Shown in pieces: positions 57,092-64,000 of a stretch of 64,000 nt of DNA; positions within the stretch are counted from its first letter, which is position 1; every line of letters begins with the position of its first letter. The stretch comes from an uncultured Flavobacteriaceae bacterium (GTDB lineage: Bacteria > Bacteroidota > Bacteroidia > Flavobacteriales > Flavobacteriaceae). The notes beneath the pieces are model-generated. The model was not told the origin of the DNA, searched no databases, and was given only the letters and a program-made list of their open reading frames with translations. Both the position numbers and the translations under genes were made by a program. The stretch spans positions 148,512-212,511 of the forward strand of contig CAWHTW010000005.1 of NCBI GenBank assembly GCA_963832345.1, in the 5' to 3' direction.

Positions 57092-58603
57092 ATGAAAAGA
57101 AAAGACTACATCCGGATATTATTGGCACCCCTAGGCATGCTTACAGTTTTTGCCTGTTCGCCAAATCAGTTTCAAACCAATCAGGAATATGATGATGTCT
57201 ACTTTACATCATCTGACCGTATGTCTAAGCCCACCATCATTGAGTCAACCGAAGAGGTAAATTCAAGCAATGAGCAGGCTTTCTCTTTAGGTGATTATTC
57301 AAATGAGTCAGTAGACCCGGTTTTGGTCAGCAAATACAATAACGGCCAGTCGGACGAGGTAACATATTACGAAGAAGGTCTTAGGGTTAAGCAAGCAAGC
57401 GAATTGAACTACGATGATTTCGTTTTTGATTACGAAAACGAAAACTTGGCCTATTATGACCTACCTCTAGATTGGGAGTCAGATTGGGATCGCAGTAGCT
57501 TTAACCGATTGATGCTCACCGATTATCAATTTCAGTTGGCTTGGTACGATCAATATTATTTAGGTAGTTCGGGCAGAATGAACAGCTACTTATCTGGCAC
57601 AACTGGCAGGGCCAATAGAAGGTTTAACAGTGGCTTTGGTAGACCTAGCGTAGGTATCGATATTGGTTTTTCTTCTTTTGGTTTCTCACCTTTCTACTCA
57701 GCCGGAATGACTTTCGTAAACTTAAATCCTTTTGGTTTCTACGACCCGTTTTGGAGTCCTATTCCAGATCCATTCTGGAGAACCAATCGTAGGTTTAATT
57801 CATTCTATGCATTTGGAGGATTTGGATTCAATGATCCATGGGGATGGAATAATTTCGGATACAACCGCCCTTGGGGATGGAATAGATTCGGAGGAAATAA
57901 CTTCTATACCAGCAACTATTATTTTGGAGATGGAAATATTGTTAATCGCGATGGCCGTTCAGTTTCAAGAGGGGCAAGAATTTCGTCTACATCGGTAAGT
58001 AGTGTTAGAACGGACGCAGTGAATGGTTCCGTAGCCAATACTAGGTCATCGGCCTATGTCAACAATGGTGTTACCAGAAGCTCTAGACCAACTAGTTCTA
58101 CAAACAGCGTTAGAAGCGCAAGAAGTAGTTCAACGGTTTTAGCACCTACCACGCGTAGCTCTAGAGTGAGCACAAACGCTTACCAATTCTCTGACGACAG
58201 CCGTTTGACCAGATCAAACATTGTAAGAAGCAGTAGTTCAACTAGGTCGTCAAGAGTTTCTTCCACTGCCAGAACTAGTTCTTACAGAAGTACAGCCTCT
58301 TCAAGTAGAAGCAGCGCTAATAGTAACTTATTCTCAAGATCAAGTTCATCGAGAACAGCTACACCTACCTACAGTAGGTCATCAAGTAGTTCTAGAAGTT
58401 CAGGCGTTTCTTCAAGCAGATCATCCAGGTCATCTTCTAGTTCTTCCAGAAGCAGTGGGGTGTCTTCCAGCAGAAGTAGTTCATCAGGATCAAGTGTTCG
58501 ATCATCGTCAAGCTCTTCTTCGAGAAGTGGCGGATCCTCAAGTAGTAGCTCAAGATCGAGCAGCGGTAACTCAAGTTCTTCAAGAAGCGGTAGAGGTAAT
58601 TAA
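57092..58603 (+). CDS. Lipoprotein with an aromatic/Gly/Asn-rich repeat core and a ~180-aa Ser/Arg-rich low-complexity tail
   Basis: Lipobox LTVFACSPNQ. Repeats of NRRFNS, GFGF, PWGWN. The C-terminus is dominated by (S/R/T) runs (SSRSSRSSSSSSRSSGVSSSRSS). Confidence 0.55.
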   Translation: MKRKDYIRILLAPLGMLTVFACSPNQFQTNQEYDDVYFTSSDRMSKPTIIESTEEVNSSNEQAFSLGDYSNESVDPVLVSKYNNGQSDEVTYYEEGLRVKQASELNYDDFVFDYENENLAYYDLPLDWESDWDRSSFNRLMLTDYQFQLAWYDQYYLGSSGRMNSYLSGTTGRANRRFNSGFGRPSVGIDIGFSSFGFSPFYSAGMTFVNLNPFGFYDPFWSPIPDPFWRTNRRFNSFYAFGGFGFNDPWGWNNFGYNRPWGWNRFGGNNFYTSNYYFGDGNIVNRDGRSVSRGARISSTSVSSVRTDAVNGSVANTRSSAYVNNGVTRSSRPTSSTNSVRSARSSSTVLAPTTRSSRVSTNAYQFSDDSRLTRSNIVRSSSSTRSSRVSSTARTSSYRSTASSSRSSANSNLFSRSSSSRTATPTYSRSSSSSRSSGVSSSRSSRSSSSSSRSSGVSSSRSSSSGSSVRSSSSSSSRSGGSSSSSSRSSSGNSSSSRSGRGN

Positions 58604-58628
58604 TTAAATTTTACAAAAACTCACGAAA

Positions 58629-60167
58629 ATGAAATTTGGAATAAAGCTTATTTTAATAAGCCTGGGCGTGGTTTGCCTGTTTCAAACCTCTCAGGCACAG
58701 ATACAACCTGGCTCTTTCGGGTATTATAATGATGCCTTAAGATTTAGCCAGACTCAGAATTACGGGACGGCTCGCTTTTCAGGGCTGGCAGGTTCGGGCT
58801 CAGTTTTAGGTGGCGACATAAGTTCTGCCATTTACAATCCGGCTGGACTTGGTATGTTCAACCGTTCACAGTTTGTTTTCACCCCTGGGTTTTCTTCAAA
58901 TGTGGCGGATGCTACTTTTTTCGATACCCAAAATTCAGATGAGTCAAGCCGTCTTACAATTGCTAACATGGGGGTAGTTATAAATTTCGGTAAAGGAGAT
59001 TTAGTACCTGGGTCTTTCAGAGGCGGGTCACTGGCCATCACTTACAACCGGCTGAATGACTTCAACAGAAATATTCTTATTAATGGTTTCAACCCAAACA
59101 ATTCGATTATTGACGGAATGTTACAACAAGCTGATGGACTGTTTCCAGATCAATTGTCTGGAATAGCTCAAACTGGTTACGATCATTATATAATTAACCC
59201 CGACCCGAATGATGAAACACTTTATAATTCTCCTGTTTTAGGTTTCCCAACACAAACAGAAAGAATTAGATCTACTGGATACACTGACCAGGTTAACATG
59301 GCCTATGGTGCCAATTTTGACGACAAAATATACTTAGGAGGTGGTATAGGGATTACTAATTCTAACTATACTAATAGTCGAATTTTCACAGAGAGCTTCC
59401 AAAATGAACCGCTTTCTACCTTTACGATTGATGAAAGATTAGACGTTAGCGGTACAGGCGTAAACTTTAATATTGGAGCAATAGTAAGACCAGTGGATAT
59501 TGTTAGGGTAGGGCTTTCTTACACTACTCCCACATTCTATAGTTTCAATGAAGAAGGTGACAACATCTACACTTCAGAATGGAATAACTATGACGTATCG
59601 AACTTTCGGGATGATCAGGGTAACCGATTGATTTTGGAAGATACAGTACTGAATACACTTCAGACTGCCACTGATGTTTTTGTTTCAAACTTCAACCTTA
59701 GAACACCTGCTCGCTTCAATGCTGGACTTGCCGTATTCTTCAATAAGAACGGCTTTATTACGGCTGATATTGAACACTTGAATTATGCCAACTCCAATGT
59801 TTCTTCAGCCGATTTCTTCGCTGGCAATGATAACACAACAATCGAAAATATTTACAACTCGGTGACCAACATTAAACTTGGTGCAGAGTATCGTTATAAG
59901 TTATTAAGGTTTAGGGCTGGTTTTGCTACCTATGGTGATCCTTACAACAGCGATTTCGATGGAATTGACATAGACAGATCAAGAAAGGTTCTATCAGGAG
60001 GTATTGGCATCAACATGGGTAAATACTTCTTCGACTTGGCTGTGATGAACACCCAGTTTGACGAGTCTTTCAGAAGCTATAGACTTACGAATTTAGACAG
60101 TTCTCCATCAGCCATTATTAACAACAATATTACAAATGCGAAGTTGACTTTTGGTTTGAACTTCTAA
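58629..60167 (+). CDS. Outer-membrane beta-barrel protein (FadL/OmpP1-like or PorV-like)
   Basis: Signal peptide, alternating beta-strand pattern, C-terminal ...KLTFGLNF ending in Phe. 512 aa. Confidence 0.55.
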   Translation: MKFGIKLILISLGVVCLFQTSQAQIQPGSFGYYNDALRFSQTQNYGTARFSGLAGSGSVLGGDISSAIYNPAGLGMFNRSQFVFTPGFSSNVADATFFDTQNSDESSRLTIANMGVVINFGKGDLVPGSFRGGSLAITYNRLNDFNRNILINGFNPNNSIIDGMLQQADGLFPDQLSGIAQTGYDHYIINPDPNDETLYNSPVLGFPTQTERIRSTGYTDQVNMAYGANFDDKIYLGGGIGITNSNYTNSRIFTESFQNEPLSTFTIDERLDVSGTGVNFNIGAIVRPVDIVRVGLSYTTPTFYSFNEEGDNIYTSEWNNYDVSNFRDDQGNRLILEDTVLNTLQTATDVFVSNFNLRTPARFNAGLAVFFNKNGFITADIEHLNYANSNVSSADFFAGNDNTTIENIYNSVTNIKLGAEYRYKLLRFRAGFATYGDPYNSDFDGIDIDRSRKVLSGGIGINMGKYFFDLAVMNTQFDESFRSYRLTNLDSSPSAIINNNITNAKLTFGLNF

Positions 60168-60168
60168 T

Positions 60169-60690
60169 TTAAAAGTTTTCAAGGTGCGAGATAATCTTAT
60201 CTAATGTGATACGGTTGTCTCGCATTTTTATTTGAGCCTCATCATAAAAAGAAACGCGTGTCGAGGCCAAATCACGGACTTCCTGAATTAAATCTTGGTG
60301 GTCGTAACTTTTAAACAAAGGACGATTTTCCACCCCTTGCTCCAGAATTCTCAAGGCTAAATCTCCAGCACTCACATCGAAGAAAATTGTTACGCCAGCC
60401 TCATTCATATAATCCATGTTATAATGAAAACAGGGCGTGCCACCACCAGTGGCCATCACAAATCGGTCATGCGCTGCACTTATATTACGTAACGTTTCCT
60501 TTTCAGCAATTCTAAAGTTCCCTTCTCCCTGATGTTCAAAGTATTCAGGAATGGTCATTCCTACAGATTTTTCTACCTCATGATCTAAATCCAGAAAAGG
60601 CACATTAAGACTGTCTGCAAGCTGACGCCCCATTGTACTTTTGCCACAACCGGGCAGCCCAACTAAGTAGATTTTATGAGGAGCCGCCAT
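60169..60690 (-). CDS. aroK: Shikimate kinase
   Basis: P-loop IYLVGLPGCGKSTMGR and a shikimate-kinase-like lid/SB region. 173 aa. Confidence 0.85.
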   Translation of the reverse strand: MAAPHKIYLVGLPGCGKSTMGRQLADSLNVPFLDLDHEVEKSVGMTIPEYFEHQGEGNFRIAEKETLRNISAAHDRFVMATGGGTPCFHYNMDYMNEAGVTIFFDVSAGDLALRILEQGVENRPLFKSYDHQDLIQEVRDLASTRVSFYDEAQIKMRDNRITLDKIISHLENF

Positions 60691-61712
60691 TATCTAAATT
60701 CAGACATTAAATCATTAGCAGCCGGGAGATCGTTGTAATGCCATTTTTTAATAATAGTACCATTCTGAATTAATACTAAACCTGGGTTGGAGCGAATCAT
60801 GGTTTTAAGTAGGGTAGCGTCTGAATACACGTAAGGTACTGCCAACTGCATTTCATGACGTAATTCTTCGAACTGAGGGCCAGATGATGCCGTAACCGCA
60901 ATCACTTCTACCCCATTGCTTACCGCCCTAATGAGCGAATTAAGCGCGGGATAAACACCTTCGTCTGTCTTAGCGACTTCGTGAATCACCACTAACAGTT
61001 TTCTGCCTGACAAAATACTCTGTGTTTCATCTGCCGTATCGCTCCACATGGCAAAGTTTGTAATCTTCGGTACTTCGTTAGGTTGACCAGCAGGAGGAAG
61101 CATTTCCGTAGGAATATGTGTGCCTTCCTTATAGGCTCGGAAGTCGATAAAAGGTAAGTGCGCAATGGCCAGAAACGAAATCACCAAACAGAAAACAACA
61201 GCACCACCCAAAACGATCGACTTCTGTTTAAAGGCCTCCGTAACTTGTTCCTTTCGTTGATTAAAAAATAGGATCAAGATCAAAACGAGTAGAATGATGT
61301 CTTTCGTAAACGATTCCCAAGGGGTTAATTTAATGGCATCTCCAAAACAGCCACAATCGGTTACCTTATTAAAGTAGGCTGAATAGAACGTGAGAAAAGT
61401 AAAGAACACGATCATTACCAATAGTAGAATATTGGTTAGTTTAGGCTTGTACTTTAGCAAAACTGCCAGACCCAATACAATTTCTAGCGTTGAAAGTAAA
61501 ACCGACAAGAACAATGCTGCTGGTTTTAACGCATCGAAAAAGGGGGCTATATCCACTGAAAAAACAGTGAAGTACTCTTCAAGTTTAATTTGAGTACCTA
61601 CCGGATCGTTGATTTTAATCAACCCAGAAAAGATAAAAAGTCCTCCGACAAGGAAGCGAGCAACATTGGTCAGTATTTTCATGATTTTCCGAATCCCATT
61701 AATATCAAACAA
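60690..61712 (-). CDS. DoxX/MauE-like membrane domain fused to a thioredoxin-like (TlpA-type) C-terminal domain. This is the BT_3928-like family
   Basis: Four TM helices with a CGCFG motif, then a soluble alpha/beta domain. 340 aa. Confidence 0.55.
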   Translation of the reverse strand: MFDINGIRKIMKILTNVARFLVGGLFIFSGLIKINDPVGTQIKLEEYFTVFSVDIAPFFDALKPAALFLSVLLSTLEIVLGLAVLLKYKPKLTNILLLVMIVFFTFLTFYSAYFNKVTDCGCFGDAIKLTPWESFTKDIILLVLILILFFNQRKEQVTEAFKQKSIVLGGAVVFCLVISFLAIAHLPFIDFRAYKEGTHIPTEMLPPAGQPNEVPKITNFAMWSDTADETQSILSGRKLLVVIHEVAKTDEGVYPALNSLIRAVSNGVEVIAVTASSGPQFEELRHEMQLAVPYVYSDATLLKTMIRSNPGLVLIQNGTIIKKWHYNDLPAANDLMSEFR

Positions 61713-62227
61713 AAAACAGCATAATTAATCATGTCCTGATAATTCGCGTCTATTCCTTCTGAAATAAGCGTTTTACCTTGATTGTCTTCAATCTGCTTAA
61801 CCCTTAGTAATTTCATTAAGATTATATCTGTCATAGAGCTCACCCGCATATCGCGCCAAGCTTCGTCATAATCATGGTTTTTATTGGTCAATAGATCAAA
61901 GGTCGCATCCACTTTCGCATCGAACATTGGCTCTAAGGCCTCTGCTGACAATTCAAACGGATCGTCTTCAGACATTTCCATTTGCAAAAGTGCAATTACA
62001 CAATAGTTGATTATGGCGATAAACTCTTCTTGAATATCATCGCCCACCTTCTGCATCCCCTTGTTTTGAATGGACTGAATGCGCTTTGCCTTGATCCAAA
62101 TTTGATCGGTGATAGAAGGCAGCCTCAGTATTCTCCATGCTGTTCCGTAGTCTTTCGTTTTCTTCAGAAATATGTCTTTACAGGCCTGTATAACTTGCTT
62201 ATATTCGCCTACTGTTTGTTCCTTCAA
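61679..62227 (-). CDS. DUF1599 domain protein
   Basis: 182-aa protein with the family-typical N-terminus (YKQVIQACKDIFLKKTKDYGTAWRILR). It sits in the common position between folP and aroK in Bacteroidetes. Confidence 0.55.
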   Translation of the reverse strand: MKEQTVGEYKQVIQACKDIFLKKTKDYGTAWRILRLPSITDQIWIKAKRIQSIQNKGMQKVGDDIQEEFIAIINYCVIALLQMEMSEDDPFELSAEALEPMFDAKVDATFDLLTNKNHDYDEAWRDMRVSSMTDIILMKLLRVKQIEDNQGKTLISEGIDANYQDMINYAVFCLILMGFGKS

Positions 62228-62257
62228 GGGGTGAGATTTAAATACTAAAGGGATTTT

Positions 62258-63115
62258 TTGAAAGCGAAAGATAAAATATTTCAGGTTAAAAAGACATTGA
62301 ACTTACGCGGAAATCTCATTTCGCTGGATAAGCCTGCGGTAATGGGTATTTTAAATATTACCCCCGACAGCTTTTACGCTTCGAGCAGGAAAAACAGCAC
62401 GGATGAAGTTTTACACATGGCAGAGGCCATGCTCTCTGATGGAGCACTTTTTTTGGACATCGGTGGTTATTCTTCAAGGCCAGGCGCAGACCATATTTCA
62501 GCCGAGGAAGAAACCCAACGGGTAGCCAAAGCCATAGCTGCTGTGAGCAAAGAATTCCCTGAAGCTTATATTTCCATCGATACGTTTAGAAGCAGTGTAG
62601 CCCAAGCTGCCATTGACGAAGGCGCCTGCATGGTTAACGATATTTCTGGCGGTAGCTTAGACGAAGCCATGTTTACCACAGTTGCTCGGCTACAAGTGCC
62701 TTATATTTTGATGCACATGCGTGGTACCCCTCAAAACATGGTAAAACAAAGTGACTATACAGACCTGCTGAAAGAGGTTTTATTCTACTTTTCAGAAAAG
62801 GCAGCGGCCTTAAAACTGTTGGGCGTAAAGGATATCATCATAGACCCTGGCTTTGGTTTTGCAAAAACTGCCGAGCAGAGCTATGAGATTCTGCGAAATT
62901 TGGACTATTTTAAAGGATTGCGGTTACCTTTGCTTGCAGGCCTTTCTAGAAAGTCGATGATTTATAAAACTTTGGGAATAAATGCCGAAGACGCGCTTAA
63001 TGGCACCACGGCACTTAACATGGCGGCACTGATGAATGGGGCATCCATTTTAAGAGTGCATGATGTAAAAGCTGCGGTAGAAACTGTTCACCTTTTTAAT
63101 AAAATACACGCGTGA
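62258..63115 (+). CDS. folP: Dihydropteroate synthase
   Basis: Pterin-binding motifs ILNITPDSF, DIGG, VNDISGG and a C-terminal RVHDV. Confidence 0.9.
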   Translation: MKAKDKIFQVKKTLNLRGNLISLDKPAVMGILNITPDSFYASSRKNSTDEVLHMAEAMLSDGALFLDIGGYSSRPGADHISAEEETQRVAKAIAAVSKEFPEAYISIDTFRSSVAQAAIDEGACMVNDISGGSLDEAMFTTVARLQVPYILMHMRGTPQNMVKQSDYTDLLKEVLFYFSEKAAALKLLGVKDIIIDPGFGFAKTAEQSYEILRNLDYFKGLRLPLLAGLSRKSMIYKTLGINAEDALNGTTALNMAALMNGASILRVHDVKAAVETVHLFNKIHA

Positions 63116-63963
63116 TATACGCTTTCAAAATAGGGTTTTTAGAGGTTCGTTGGGTCGATATTGTCGATATCCTCTTGGTGGGCGTATTGCTTTATCAGGT
63201 CTATAAGCTTTTAAAAGGAAGCGTTGCGGTAAGGGTGCTCATTGGCTTCCTCTCACTTTACCTAATTTACTTGGTGGTACGCGCGGCTCAAATGGAGTTG
63301 TTAGCCGGTATATTAGGCCAGTTTATGGGGGTTGGAGTTTTGGCTGCCATTATTATTTTTTCACAAGAGATCAGAAAATTTCTTCTGATTGTGGGAAAGA
63401 CCTCTTTTCGAAAAGACGGCATTTTGGAGTCGTTGTTAATTTGGCGAAAGCGAAAACCCAAGATCAACATGAATTTGAATGCGGTAATCGAAGCGTCAAA
63501 GAGTCTTTCTGGCACCAATACTGGGGCATTGATGGTTTTTTCAAGGAATACCGAATTGAAGTTTTACGCTGATTCTGGCGATTTACTTGACGCATTTATT
63601 TCTAAGCGCCTTTTGATTTCAATTTTCAATAAATACAGCCCATTGCATGATGGTGCGGTAATTCTGTATGAAGGAAGAATAAAAGCAGCGCGTTGCCTTC
63701 TGCCTGTAAGCGAAAGAGAGAACCTGCCCGCTCAATATGGATTGCGCCATAGAGCAGCTTTAGGCATGTCGGAAGCTACAGACACATTAATTCTAATTGT
63801 TTCAGAAGAAACAGGCCAAATGTCGATTGCCCGAAATGGTAAAATTGATACTAATCTTTCGGCACCAGAGGTCAGAAAACGCCTTAATCGCTATTTAAGC
63901 GAGGAAGAAGTAGCACCTGCAGAAAGCGAAAAGAAAGAGGATATCGAACCCGTAGCTTCTTAA
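63112..63963 (+). CDS. cdaA: Diadenylate cyclase CdaA (c-di-AMP synthase)
   Basis: Three N-terminal TM helices plus a DAC domain with DGA (LHDGAVIL) and RHRAA (GLRHRAALG) motifs. Overlaps folP by 4 bp. Confidence 0.85.
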   Translation: MIYAFKIGFLEVRWVDIVDILLVGVLLYQVYKLLKGSVAVRVLIGFLSLYLIYLVVRAAQMELLAGILGQFMGVGVLAAIIIFSQEIRKFLLIVGKTSFRKDGILESLLIWRKRKPKINMNLNAVIEASKSLSGTNTGALMVFSRNTELKFYADSGDLLDAFISKRLLISIFNKYSPLHDGAVILYEGRIKAARCLLPVSERENLPAQYGLRHRAALGMSEATDTLILIVSEETGQMSIARNGKIDTNLSAPEVRKRLNRYLSEEEVAPAESEKKEDIEPVAS

Positions 63964-64000
63964 GACCTTTCTATTTAAAATCTTTAAACTTCACCCAAAC

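Noticed and set aside
57960-58603. Ser/Arg-rich tail as a possible tandem DNA repeat or minisatellite rather than coding
   Set aside because: The nucleotide sequence is not a simple tandem repeat. Codons vary while the amino-acid composition is maintained, and the frame is continuous with a well-formed lipoprotein N-terminus. It is kept as coding but flagged

Overview
This window looks like a Bacteroidetes (Flavobacteriia/Cytophagia-like) chromosomal segment with three parts. The protein motifs support the phylum: Bacteroidetes-type Tra proteins, a T9SS C-terminal sorting domain, SusC-like TonB receptors, FloA and CdaA. Left flank (1-5.3 kb): a lactate-utilisation cluster (FAD/Fe-S D-lactate dehydrogenase-like oxidase, LctP permease, lactone-oxidase-family flavoprotein). 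At 6041-6117 there is a tRNA-Arg(TCT) with its own terminator. Downstream of it begins a ~34-kb accessory block (about 6.4-40.3 kb) that I read as a degraded Bacteroidetes-type integrative conjugative element (ICE). It contains a MobA-like accessory protein, a 3-His MOB relaxase (apparently split by a frameshift), a VirD4/TraD-like coupling ATPase, two toprim/primase-like paralogs, an M23 peptidase, and a tra operon in the order TraE-TraF-TraG(VirB4)-TraI-TraJ-TraK-TraM-TraN-TraO plus a terminal lipoprotein. No integrase, traA-D or rte/xis genes are visible. Two strongly AT-rich cargo modules sit in this block. The first is a tRNA-proximal triad of a secreted FecR-like protein, a CHASE2 membrane sensor and a large signal-peptide-bearing TPR-CHAT (caspase-like) protease. 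The second is an HTH-XRE regulator, a DUF1016 PD-(D/E)XK nuclease and a tight three-gene operon of ParB-nuclease-domain protein, unknown protein and C5 cytosine methyltransferase. The mob-tra intergenic region carries two tandem copies of a long stem-loop element, a candidate oriT/regulatory site. The right flank (40.3-64 kb) is housekeeping with oddities. These are a REP-like repeat cluster flanking a frameshifted REP-associated tyrosine transposase (RAYT), two flotillin/NfeD pairs, a TonB-dependent receptor, MurF, a FG-GAP/T9SS protein, ProS, an S/R-rich lipoprotein, AroK, FolP and CdaA. At least nine genes are interrupted by frameshifts or stops (FAD oxidase C-terminus, the 473-aa ICE protein, relaxase, a DUF4097 adhesin with at least four shifts, LolA-like, nitrilase, RAYT, FG-GAP). 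That points either to real gene decay, especially in and around the ICE, or to systematic indel errors in the assembly.
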